From Scenedesmus sp. PABB004 (Eukaryota), in the NCBI GenBank assembly GCA_014905635.1, contig CM026547.1, forward strand, positions 3,472,001-3,536,000: a DNA stretch of 64,000 nucleotides, in the 5' to 3' direction. Below are positions 1-10,554 of the stretch, piece by piece (position 1 is the stretch's first letter; each line of letters begins with the position of its first letter). The position numbers and the translations under genes are program-made. Below the pieces are notes generated by a model that searched no databases, was not told the DNA's origin, and saw only the letters and a list, made by a program, of their open reading frames with translations.

Positions 1-1135
1 GGCCTGGGCAAGCTGCAGCAGCGCAGCACGGCCCTCTTCGTGTGCGACCTGCAGGTGCGGCGGCGCCGGGGAGCGGCGGCGTCGGCAGCAGCAGCGGCGG
101 CGGCAGCAGCAGCGGCAGCGGCGCACGCGCACCCGCACCCGCGCGTTGCGCCAGGAGCGCTTCCGGCCGGTGATCAGCGGCTTCCCCGCGGTCGTGGACA
201 CCGCCCGGCGCATGATTCGGGGCGCCAACGTGCTGGGCCTGCCTATCATCACGACCGAGCAATACCCCAAGGCGCTCGGCAGCACGGTGCAGGAGGTGCG
301 CCCCGGCCCGCCCCGCGCGCGCGCTGGCACCAGGGGCGGCCCGCCGGCGAGGTGAGGGCCACCCACACACCCACACACACACACACCCACGCACACACAC
401 CCGCCGCGCAGCTCAAGGACGTGATGCAGCCCGGCAGCCCGCTGCTCGCCAAGACGCGTTTCTCGATGGTCACGCCCGAAGTCAGCCAGCTGCTGAAGCA
501 GAAGCCCAGCATCTCGCAGGCGCGCCGCCGCCGCTGCTGCTGCTGCCGCCGCCGCCGCCGCTGCTGCTGCTCGCGGCGGCGGCGCCGCCGCCGGGCCGGC
601 CGTGCCCGCGGCGCCGACGGGCGTGGCGCGCCGCGCGGGCGCAGGTGCTGCTGTGTGGCATTGAGACGCACGTGTGCGTGCTGCAGACGACGCTGGACCT
701 GCTCGAGGGCGGGTACGGCCCGCCGACGGCCGCGCGTGGCTGTGCCAGCCGCGCAGCAGCCGCCCATTCGCACGCGCCTACGCGCCGCCGCCGCGGCGCA
801 GGTACGAGGTCCACATCCTCGTCGACGGCGTGAGCAGCCAGCGCCTGCCCGACCGCGCGGTCGGCCTGCAGCGCGCCGCGCAGTCGGGCGCCTTCCTCGT
901 CACCAGGTGCGGCCGTGCGCGGGCCACCAGCGCCGCGCGACCCGTGCGCCGCGCGCCGCTCGACGCGCGCCGCCGCCGCCGCCGCCGCCTGACGAGCGCG
1001 GCGCGCGTCGCGCGGCGCAGCGAGATGGCCCTGTTCCAGCTGATGGAGGACGCCAAGGCGGAGCACTTCAAGGAGATCAGCAAGCTGGTGCAGGAGCCGC
1101 GCATGGACTCGCTCGGCCTGCCCTCGGCGCTGTGA
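1..1135 (+). CDS. Isochorismatase-domain protein (ISOC1/2-like), 5' end outside window, >=6 exons
   Basis: Spliced peptide: ALFVCDLQ|ERFRPVI...TEQYPKALGSTVQE|LK...KTRFSM...|VLLCGIETHVCVLQTTLDLL|YEVHILVDGVSSQR...|SEMALFQLMEDAK; TGA ends at 1135. Confidence 0.92.
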
Positions 1136-1369
1136 GCGGGGGGGGGGGGGGGGCGCGGCCACGCCCAGCGGCCCCCGGCAGGCGGCCGCCTGTGCCCGGG
1201 GGCCCAAGGGGCAGAGGGGGGAGCGAGGGTCCAGCATCCTGTACATCAATCCCAGAGGCGCCGCGCCGCAGCCGCCGCCGCGCGCCTGTGCACCGCCATT
1301 GTGGTGCGTGTCGCGTATGCACGGCGCGGGGCCCCTCAGCCGCGGTTGTTAACATGCCGCGCCCCGCTC

Positions 1370-3031
1370 TCAGCGCGCGCCCTGCTTTGCCTTGCCCGGG
1401 GGCCTGGCCGGCCTGGCGGCGGCCGCGCGGTTGGCCGCCATCAGCGCGCACAGCTGAGCCACGACCTCCGCGCTCAGGTGGCTTGTGAGCTTGACGAGGA
1501 CCAGGCTCGGCCTCGCCGGCAGCAGCTCCAGGAAGAGCGAGGCCAGGCGGTCGCCTGGCGGGGGCGCGCACAGGCGCAGCGGCGGGCAGCCGGCGGCGCT
1601 CAGCGCGCCAGGCTGCCGCCGCTGCCGCCGCGTCGGCTGGCTGGGCGCGGACCCCCCCCCCCCCTTCCAATCACGCGCACCAATGAGGTTGAGCTCAAAA
1701 TCTATCTCCGCCAGCCCCGGGGCTGCAGCTGGCGGCCCCTCGGCCAGTGCGCTGACCAGGTCCCCCACCCCGTCCGCGTCGACGTCGGTGACGCCCAAGT
1801 CAGCGAGCGCCAGCACCTGCAGCGCGGGCATGCCCCGCAGCGCCGCGGCCAGCGCCTGCAGGCCCGCACTGCGCAGCGGGTTGCCGCTCAGCCGCAGCTG
1901 CTCCAGGACCGCGGCGCAGCTGTCGGGGCGACATGCTGCAGCTGGCGCCGCGCCGCCGCCGAGCCGGGACGCCGCCGCGCCGCCAACGCTGGGCCTACGC
2001 GCGAGGGCGCTGGCGCCGGCGACGGCGCCGCAGCCGCTGGGCACCAGCGCGCCCGCCAGCTGCTCGGCGCCGGCAGGCCCGATGCCACAGTGGCAGAGGC
2101 TGAGGCAGCGGAGGGCACCGCACCGCGCCAGCCCCGGCGCCAGAACCGCCACGCCGCCGCAGCCGAGCAGCGTGTGGTCCAGCACGAGCCGGGTCAGCGC
2201 GCCGGCAGCGCCCAGCGCGAGCGACAGCTCGTGCAGTGCGGCCTCGCCAAAGCACGGGCAGCGCTCGACCTCAGGCCGCGGCGGCGGCGACTGCTGCTGC
2301 TCCGCGGGCGCCGCCCCGGCTGCCAGGAGCGGGTGTGGCGGCTGCGTGCGGAGGCGCGCGCCGCACTCTGGCCGCAGGCGGTCTGCCAGCGCCTGCTGCG
2401 CCAGCTGCATGCGGGTTGACGAGGCCAGCTGCAGGTGCGCCGGCACGGGCGGGCACACGCCCGCAGGCGGCGACGGCGGCTGGGCTGGCTGTGCGCGCAC
2501 GCGCTGAGCCGCTGTCAACAGCGCCGTGCCTGCGGCGGCCTCCCCCGCCGGCGGCTGGCACGGCGGCTGGCGGCCGTCCGCGCAGCACTCGAGGCTGGCG
2601 AGCCTGCAGCCCCGCCACCACCTGTCGGCCGTGCTGCTGCGACGCAGCAGCGCGGCCAGCGCGCTCAGCCCCTGCGCAGCGTGCAGCACGGCAGCGGCGG
2701 CTGGTCGGCGGCGCCGGCGCGGCGAGGGCGGCGCCGGTGCGGCGGCGCGCACCTCGTCGCCAATGCTGCAGCCCCAGCATGCCAGGCCGCTGGCGCCAGA
2801 GTACGCAGCCAGGGCCTCGCACACCGCGGCGAGTGCCGCTCCGGTCACCCCGCAGAGCAGCAGCTCGCCGAGGCCAGCGCCGCCGTCCCGCGCGGTCTGT
2901 ATCTGCGCCAGCAGCGGCCGGTGCGGCGGCACGCCGCGTGCCCTGCACGCCACCCGGTAGGTGGTCTCAAGCGCGCCGAGCGCAGCGGCCGCCTCGCCGC
3001 TCTTGCGCGCCGGCTTTTCCCGCGGCGGCAT
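1370..3031 (-). CDS. RNI-like leucine-rich repeat protein (about 3 exons)
   Basis: LRR units LTRLVLDHTLLG, LRCLSLCHCGIGPAGA, LEQLRLSGNPLRSAG, LQVLALADLGV, LAEIDFELNLIG; ATG of MPPREKP at 3031. Confidence 0.75.
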   Translation of the reverse strand: MPPREKPARKSGEAAAALGALETTYRVACRARGVPPHRPLLAQIQTARDGGAGLGELLLCGVTGAALAAVCEALAAYSGASGLACWGCSIGDEVRAAAPAPPSPRRRRRPAAAAVLHAAQGLSALAALLRRSSTADRWWRGCRLASLECCADGRQPPCQPPAGEAAAGTALLTAAQRVRAQPAQPPSPPAGVCPPVPAHLQLASSTRMQLAQQALADRLRPECGARLRTQPPHPLLAAGAAPAEQQQSPPPRPEVERCPCFGEAALHELSLALGAAGALTRLVLDHTLLGCGGVAVLAPGLARCGALRCLSLCHCGIGPAGAEQLAGALVPSGCGAVAGASALARRPSVGGAAASRLGGGAAPAAACRPDSCAAVLEQLRLSGNPLRSAGLQALAAALRGMPALQVLALADLGVTDVDADGVGDLVSALAEGPPAAAPGLAEIDFELNLIGARDWKGGGGSAPSQPTRRQRRQPGALSAAGCPPLRLCAPPPGDRLASLFLELLPARPSLVLVKLTSHLSAEVVAQLCALMAANRAAAARPARPPGKAKQGAR

Positions 3032-3287
3032 CGCAGTGAAGGGCCCTGCGCGCGCGCTAGTAGGACTATAATGCGCGCCCTCCGACAGTGGGGGCCTCGA
3101 GCCAGCTTGCCACGGGCCGCAGCCGGCGGCGCTGCGCCGGTCAGCGCCGCGGAAAAATAACAGGCAGCCCTTCACGCACCCTGCGGCCCGCCGCGCAGTC
3201 GTCTTATGTCGTAGCCGAGCGGCCGGTGCATAGAGGCGCAGACAGCGGCGTTGCCGCGCGAGCCCGCTGGACGCAGCAGCGCTCCAA

Positions 3288-4076
3288 ATGGCGGTGGACG
3301 GCCTCTTGCCGCCGCCGCCGCCGCCGAACAACCGCAGCTCGCGGCTGAACAAGACGCTCTACTCCCTGCCCGTGCACTGCCTGACGAACGCCGACCTCGA
3401 CGCTGAGAGCGCGCGAACGGTGCGCGGCGCGTTCCACCGGCCGGAGAATGCGCACGACCGCTTCCTGGCCAGCCTCACGCAGCGCGACCGCGCCATCCTG
3501 CGCACCATCGAGCGCCCGGCGGCGTTCTCAAGCAGGGCCCAGCAGCCAGCAGGTGGGGGCCCCGCCGCGCGCGCGGCTGCGCTGCCAGCTGCGGCGGCGC
3601 CAGGCAGGCACGCGGCGCCCGCCGCGGGGGCTCAAGGGCGCGCGCCGAGCCCGCGTGCCGCTACGGCGCGGGCTGACCGGCACTGGCGCCCCGCGCGTTG
3701 CGCAGGCGCCGGCAGCGCCCAGCAGCGGCGCCCGGCGTCCGCGTCGGCGGGCGGGCGCTTGGGTGGCGGCGCCGCGGGGCGCGCCGCGCAGTTTGCCGCG
3801 GTGGTGCAGCAGGCGCGGAGCACGGCCACCGCCACCGGCGCGCCCTGCTACAGCGTGGCGGCTGTGGTCGACGCCGACCTGGAGAGCGGCCAGCCCGCGC
3901 GCCGTGGCGCCCGCGGCGCGCCCGCAGCGCGCGTGGCGCACGTGCAGGCGCACGCCGTGGCGCCGAGCGCCTACGGGCACGGCGAGGCGGGCGCGCTCGC
4001 CTGGACGGCGCGCTACAGCTGGTACAAGTACCGCGGATTTGCAGGCAAGGGCGCCAAGACGTCGTGGGCCGCGTAA
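3288..4076 (+). CDS. Hypothetical protein (probable in-frame intron ~3553-3705)
   Basis: ATG-initiated ORF with G/C-ending codons and non-repetitive segments (RLNKTLYSLPVHCLTNADLD; WTARYSWYKYRGF); head-to-head with the LRR gene. Confidence 0.6.
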   Translation: MAVDGLLPPPPPPNNRSSRLNKTLYSLPVHCLTNADLDAESARTVRGAFHRPENAHDRFLASLTQRDRAILRTIERPAAFSSRAQQPAGGGPAARAAALPAAAAPGRHAAPAAGAQGRAPSPRAATARADRHWRPARCAGAGSAQQRRPASASAGGRLGGGAAGRAAQFAAVVQQARSTATATGAPCYSVAAVVDADLESGQPARRGARGAPAARVAHVQAHAVAPSAYGHGEAGALAWTARYSWYKYRGFAGKGAKTSWAA

Positions 4077-4528
4077 GCGCCACTGCTGAGCGGCCGGCGG
4101 CACGGCGGCCGGGTGCACGGCAGCATCGCTGGCGGCGGTGGCGGCCGTGGTTCAGCGCTGAAGCGCGCGTGACGCAGCGCCCGGCCGCCTTCCGGCCGCC
4201 GCGCCTTCATATCCGCCGCCACGGCCCAGGACGCTCACCCTCCCCTCTAGAGACTAGACCCACGCGCGGGGGCCCCCTCGCGACAGCACGCGCGCCGCCT
4301 GGGGCCAGACACGTTCAAACTGCGACCGCACGCGCGCGACAGCTGCCGCCGTTGGCGCCGCCCGCGCGCCCTCCGGCCGCTTCCTCGCGCTATCAGGCCT
4401 CTGTGGTGCGACCGCGCACGCGCCGCACGGCCCGCCCGGGCCGCCCGGGCCGCCGCCGCCGCTCGCCGCGCCGAGGGCCGCCGCCCACCCCCCCCCCCCC
4501 GCCCGCCCTGTCGCAGGCGCGTTCCGCC

Positions 4529-7133
4529 ATGGCTCCCCGACGCCTGATGCGCGCGCTGCCGCTGATGGCGCTCGCCGCGAGCCTCCTCGCGGCCGCCTCC
4601 TGCTGCGCGGCCGACGCCCCCGCCGCTGCGCCGCCCACGCCGGCCGCCGAGGCGCCCTGCACCAACTACTCCTTCATGGGTGAGGCTCCGCCGGCGGGGC
4701 GGGGCTGTTGCGGCCGCGGCGCGCGCGCGCGCGCCGCGCTGACCGCGCGCCGCCGGCCGCGCGCAGACAAGTTCAACGCCCCCTTCCCCACCATCAGTGG
4801 CGCCGCCGGGACGGAGGTTGCCGCGACGGTGTCGCTGCTCTACCACGGCGACTGGGACGTCACCTACCTCGTGCGCCGCGCACGCCGCGCCGCGTCCTGC
4901 AGGGCGCCGGCCGCCGCGCGCGCTGCTGACCGAACCGCCTCCCTGCCCCCGCGCGCGCGCGCTGCTGTCCGACCCCAGGGCACCGCGACCGACGACTGGG
5001 GCTCCAAGTGCATCGACATGGTCAACCGCGCTGTAGAGATCAAGTCCAAGGCCGTCAACTGTGGGCGCCGCGCCTGCACCCGGGCACGCGCCGCCTGATG
5101 ATGATGCCCCGCGCGCGCACCGACGCGACGCGCGCCCCCGCCGGGCCCGCCGCAGTCATGGTCACACAATACTGGCTTGACGCAAACCACGACGGCGTTG
5201 TGGACGCCTATTGCCACAAGGTCGGCGCGTGCTGGCGCCGCGCGCTTTTGCTCCCGCCCCGCCCCGCCCTGCCCGGCGGGCGGGCCCCTGAGCCGCCGCC
5301 GGTCGCCCGCTCCGCACAGGTCCGCTGGGGCGAGGGCTGCCCGCGCTTCAACAAGCTCGCCATCGACCGCTTCCGCTTCGGTCTTCAGTGGTGCCTGGCC
5401 AAGGCGGTCGACCTGGGGCTGGACATCGCCATCACGCCGCACCTCGACGACGGCCTCGAGCAGGGTGCGCACGCGGGCGGGGCGGGCGCCGCCGCCGCCG
5501 CCCCGCGCCGCGCCGCTTGCAGGACAGCCGCCGCCGCAACGCCGCCGCCCTCGCCGCAGGCGGCTGGCGCAACGCGCTCAACTTTGACCCGCTCGCCAGC
5601 TACGCCGGCTTCACCTACTACGACATCATGCTCCGCCCCATCGCGCAGGCGCTCAACGCGGTCATCACGCCCACCACCCAGGCGCGGCGGCCGCAGCGCG
5701 GCGGCGGCCCGTCGCGCCGGCCGCGGCGGCCGCTGCCCGCCGCTCAGCCTCCCTGTCCCGCGCGTGGCGTGGCGGCCGCCCCTGCCCGCGCGCGCGCGCC
5801 AGGTGTGGTTTGCGATGCAGGGCGAGATGTCGGCAACGGTCGTGCGCCATCCTCGCAGCTGGACGCAGCTCGTGGGCCAGCTCAAGGCCGACATCGTGCG
5901 CGGCCGCGACGACGCGGCGCAGCTGCAGCCCAACCTCAAGGTCGGCGTCTCGCTCAACTTCAACAAGTGCGCGTCACCGCGCGCGACCGCGGGCAGCCGG
6001 GGGCAAGCCAGGCAGCGCGGGCGCGCTCAGCGCGCGCGCAGCCTCCCTGACCGGGCGCCCCTGCCGCCTCTGCCGCCGCGGCCGCCGCCGGGCGCAGGCT
6101 GTGCGCGTGCGTGCTCATGGACCTCGTCGACCCGAGCCAGTACCTCACGCTGCTGCCGGCGGCGATGAAGCCGCTGATGCCGCAGTTCAACACGACCGCC
6201 ATCATCGAGCTGTTTGACACCGTGGACCTCATCGGCATCTCCTCCTACGCGGGTGCGCCGCGGACCGGCCGGCCGCGCGCGCCGGCTGCGTGGCAGGCCG
6301 CGCGCGCCGGCCGCGCCGGCCGCGCCGGCCGCGCCGGCCGCGCCGGCCGCGCCGGCCGCGCCGGCCGCGCTTGCCGCGACGCTGGCCGCGACGCTGGCTG
6401 CCGCCCCGCCGCCCCGCGCGCGCGCAGCGCTCAAGCCCGACTTCAAGCTCGACGACCTTGAGGACGCCATCTGGCAGGTGCGCGGCTGCCAGCCGGCCTG
6501 GTCACGCGCACACGCCGCGCCGCGCCGCGCCGCGCCCGCCGACCGCGCGCGCCGCGCCGCGCCGCGCCGCGCGCCCGCGCAGTTTGACGCGGAGCTCAAG
6601 GTCTTTGGCCCCGACCTCAAAACGCTCACCCTCAACAAGGGCAAGGCGCTGGTGCTGTCCGAGTACGGCGTCGGCGGCGGCGTCCACCAGAACGGCTCGG
6701 TGCCTGCCCGCACCGCCGCAGACGCGGCGTCGACGCCCTTCTTTGGCATATTTGGCTCCTTCTCGGACGCGATCGACCCCTGGTGCACGAGCGCGCCCGA
6801 GACGCAGCACGTCGAAGTGCGCGACTGGCGGCGCCGCTTCTACAAGGAGGTGCGCTCGCCGCCGCGCTGGCTGCAGCAGCGCTGGCTGCGCCGCCCGCGC
6901 ACGCGCCGCCGCGCGCTCTCGCACAGACCTCTCGCTGGCTCATGGACGGCGGCGGCAGCCGCTACCGCGTGGACGCCATGTACCTCTGGGGCCTCGCTTC
7001 CTGGGACGTCCTGGGCGTTCACTACGCCTCGCGCGGCGCGAGCGGCTCGTACCGCGACGCGCACGTCATTGACACTCTGCGAGCTCACAACGAGTATGTG
7101 CACGCGCCGTACCGCCGCCGCGCGGCGCGCTGA
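4529..7133 (+). CDS. Secreted protein, putative (beta/alpha)8 glycoside-hydrolase-like, multi-exon; paralog of 31698-33608
   Basis: Signal-peptide-like MAPRRLMRALPLMALAASLLAAASCCA; motifs VNFMVTQYW, ITPHLDDG, WRNALNFDP, WFAMQGEM, VGVSLNFNK, DLIGISSY, LSEYGVGGG, WGLASWDVLGVH. Confidence 0.75.
6296..6370 (+). repeat. 9-bp tandem repeat (GGCCGCGCC)n inside an intron
   Basis: Directly visible repeat of about 8 units. Confidence 0.8.
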
Positions 7134-7305
7134 CGGCTCCCGTGAGCCCCTGCACACTGTGAGCACAACCACCGCAGCGGCTCGCTTCCTGCACCGGAAT
7201 AATTGCGCGCGCGCTCTCGCACTCTCGAATCGGTCTCCCTGCATTCGCGCGCACTCTCAAATCGGTCCCCTGTATTCCATCCTTGCACGCTGAATCGGTC
7301 CAAGC

Positions 7306-7310
7306 TGTAA
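7306..7310 (+). terminator. TGTAA green-algal polyadenylation signal
   Basis: TGTAA about 170 nt after the stop at 7133. Confidence 0.6.
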
Positions 7311-7665
7311 CAAGAACACTCGCCCAACCCGGCGCGCGGTCCGCGCGGGGGCCGCGCGCGCGGCGGCGGTTGTGCTGAACCGCGCGCCGCCGCTCGGCCG
7401 TGCGCCCGCCACAGCCTGCGCCCAGCGTGAAAGCAGAGTCAGCGGCCCAGCAGCAGCCCGGTCTGCTCCCTCGCGCCGCCGCTCCTCGCCGCCGACACAG
7501 CAGCAGCGCGACCGGCGCCGCGGCTCGCCGGGCGCTCGGCTCGCGCCTGCGGCAACGCTCGACAGCGAGATCGGCGTGCGTGCATCTCTCGGGGCGGCGT
7601 GACAGCGAGGGGACGCAAACAGGAGCGCTCGCGACCATCGGCCCCTGCATCCGAGCCCCCTCGCC

Positions 7666-9480
7666 ATGGCGCCGTGCCTGGCAGCCTCGCGTGGCACGGC
7701 CCTGGGCATCAGCAGGCTCTCCCACCACGCACGGCCGCGTCCGGGCGCCACCGCGGCGCTGCGCCGGCCGGCGGCGGCGCTGTCGGGCCAGCGCAGCCAG
7801 CTCGCTGCCGCTGCCCGCCTGGCGGCCCAGCTGCTGCCCCAGATGACGGCTGCGCGCTGCGTGGTGGCTCGGGTGCGGCGGGGCGGCCGGCGCGGCCCGC
7901 GCGGCGCCAACCGCCGGCGCTGCTGCCGCCGTTGCTGCTGCCGCCGCCTGACCGGGCCACCGCCTGACCGGGCTGCCGCCCGGGCCGCGCGCAGGTGGCC
8001 AAGCCCAGCGGCGCAGGGGGCGCGGGTGATGGCGGCGACGCCAGCAGCCGCGGCGAGGCCGACGCCGGTGCCAGCGGCGCCGAGCCGGCGCCGCGCGCAG
8101 AGCCGGCGCCGGGCGGCGGCGGCGTGCCGTCGGCGGCCTCCGTCGGCGGCGACGGCGGCGGCGGCGGCCTCGGCCCGGCAGCCGGCGGCGGCGGCGGCGG
8201 GGGCGGCGGCGGCCAGACGGTGCGGCGCGCTGTGTGTGCGCGGGCCCGCGCGCCGCGGCGCCCGCGCGGCGCCGCCGCCGCCCACACGCGCCGCGCCGTC
8301 GCCGCAGGTCGCGCTGCTGCGCCGCTACAACGGCGTGGGCTACACCTTTGTGCTGGCGGGGTTCCTCAAGATCGTGACCGTGGGCGGGCTCGCGATGTCG
8401 GCGCCCGTCGACACCGCGCGCACCGCGTTTGGCAAGGCCTCGCCGTACCTCATGGTCCCCGTCGGCCTCGCGATGTGCTGGTTTGCGCAGCAGGTGCGCG
8501 GCGCCGCGCGCCGCCGCGCGCCCGCGCCGCGCCGCGCGCTGGCCGGCCCCGCCGCGCGCTGGCCGGCACCGCGCGCCGCGCGCCGACGCGCCCCGCCCTC
8601 CTCCCCGCCCCGCCCTCTTCCTCGCCGCGCCGCGCCGCGCCGCGTCGCGCCGGGGTCAGGTCGTTGAGACGGGGCTGCACGAGAACGGCAAGTTCCTGCG
8701 CTACCTGGTCGGCACGCTGGTGCTGCTGTACCTCGGCCTCGTGAAGCTCATGTTCAAGTGAGAGGCCCGCGCCCCTGCCGCGGCCCAAGACAGGGCGCGG
8801 CGCGCGCCCGGGCGCGGGGCGCGGGACGGCCGCGGCGCCAGCGGAGCGCGCGCGGCGGCGGCGCCGCGCCGCGCGCCTGCCCACGCGCCCGCGCGCCGCG
8901 CCGGGGCAGGTACGAGCCGGACAGCGAGTGGGTGCGCCGCCCGCGGCCGCGCCTGCCGGGGCCCATGGCGGAGCTGCGCGCGGAGCTGGGGGACAAGGAC
9001 CTGCTCGCGGGTGCGCCGGCGCGCACGCGCGGGGCGGCCAGCTGGTGCTGCCGCTGGCGGCCGCGCCGCTGACGTGTGGCCCCCGCCCGCCCGCTGCGCG
9101 TCAGGCGCGGGCAGCCTGGCGGACAGTCGCTCCTACCTGCCGGAGCGCCCCAGCAGGGACATGTACGACGACGTCGCCTGGTACGAGGGACGCTACCCGA
9201 GCCAGGCCGCGCCGCGCGAGGCCGCGCGCGGGCGCGGCTCGGGCGCGGCGCGCCTGAGCGCGCGCGCGGCGGCGGCAGCCGCCGCCAGCGAGACGGGTGC
9301 GGCGCACGCGCGGCGCGCGCGGGGCTCGCGCAGGGCGCGCGGGCCGCCGCCGCCGCCCCTGACGCCAGCGCCGCCGCAGACGACTACGGCGCGGCGGTGG
9401 GGGAGATCCTGAGCGCCCGGCGCGGGGGCGATGGCGGCGCGTCCGGCCGGCGCAGCTTCCTGTCGGACAACACGCGCTGA
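7666..9480 (+). CDS. Hypothetical membrane protein with probable organellar transit peptide (about 7 exons)
   Basis: A/R/S-rich N-terminus; hydrophobic segments YTFVLAGFLKIVTVGGLAM, YLMVPVGLAMCWF, YLVGTLVLLYLGLVKLMF; consistent GT-AG junctions; TGTAA at 9537-9541. Confidence 0.7.
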
Positions 9481-9745
9481 GCAGGGTTCCGCGGCTTTAG
9501 CGCGACACGACCTGACGCCGGCGCGCCGGCGCCCTGTGTAACATCACGCGGCACCTGCAGTGCACTCGCCGGCCTTGTTGCACCAGCCGGCAGCCAGCCG
9601 CCACATCGCGCCCGCAGCAGCAGCAGCAGCAGCAGCAGCAGCGGCGGCCGCCGGCCGGCCCGCGCCGCGGCCGTCGCGGACCTTCGCTCGCCGCGCCTGC
9701 GCCCAGAGCGGGCGGGGATCGCCGCGACCCGGACCGGACGCCGCC

Positions 9746-10294
9746 ATGGGGGGCGCGCGGTTCGTGGGGCGCGTGGTGAGCAATCGGATGCAGAAGACGG
9801 TCGTGGTGGCCGTGGACTACGTCGTGTGGCGGCCCAAGCTCAAGGTGTACGAGAAGCGCACGGCAAAGCACTTCGCGCACGATGAGCGCCAGGCGTGCGA
9901 CATCGGCGACACGGTGCGCATCCGCTGGACGCGGCGGCGCAGCAAGCACAAGAGCTACGCCGTGGAGGAGATCCTGCGCAAGGTGGACGTCTACACGCCC
10001 GCCCTGGGCGAGCGGGAGGCCGCAAAGGCCGCCGCCGCCGCGGCCGGCGAGCGGCCGAGCCAGGTCGCGCAGGCGGAGGCGGCGCACGCGGCGGCGGTGC
10101 AGCGGCTGCAGCGGCTGCAGGCGCTCATGGACGCCCGGATCGCCCACGAGCAGGACGCCGCGGCGGTGGCGCTGCAGGCGACTGGCAGCGGCGGCAGCGG
10201 TGGCAGCAATCGCGGCAGCGGCGGCGCCAGCGGCGGCGCCAGCGGCGGCAGCAGCGGCGGCAGCGGCGGCAGCAGCCCACCGGCGGGGAGCTGA
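9746..10294 (+). CDS. rps17: Bacterial-type (organellar) ribosomal protein uS17, intronless, with C-terminal extension
   Basis: FVGRVVSNRMQKTVVVAVD...KHFAHDERQACDIGDTVRIRWTRRRSKHK matches the S17 signature. Confidence 0.9.
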   Translation: MGGARFVGRVVSNRMQKTVVVAVDYVVWRPKLKVYEKRTAKHFAHDERQACDIGDTVRIRWTRRRSKHKSYAVEEILRKVDVYTPALGEREAAKAAAAAAGERPSQVAQAEAAHAAAVQRLQRLQALMDARIAHEQDAAAVALQATGSGGSGGSNRGSGGASGGASGGSSGGSGGSSPPAGS

Positions 10295-10554
10295 GGAAGC
10301 TGAGGGGCGCGGCGGCCGCTGGCAGCGGCGCGGGCGGGCCTGCAGCAGCAGGCGGCGGACGCCCGCGCCCGACGCCACGCGGCGGCTGGCGCGCCCCGTG
10401 GGACCCGGCGCGGCCGTGCAGCGACTCGGACCTGCCCTGCGCCGGTGAGCGACGGTGTGCGGCGCTGCAAAGTGCTGCTGCGGGCACGCGCGCCGGGCAA
10501 CTCGGGCTCAGCCGGTCCTCGGTCAGCTCGTGAGCATGTGCGCAGGTTGCAGGG

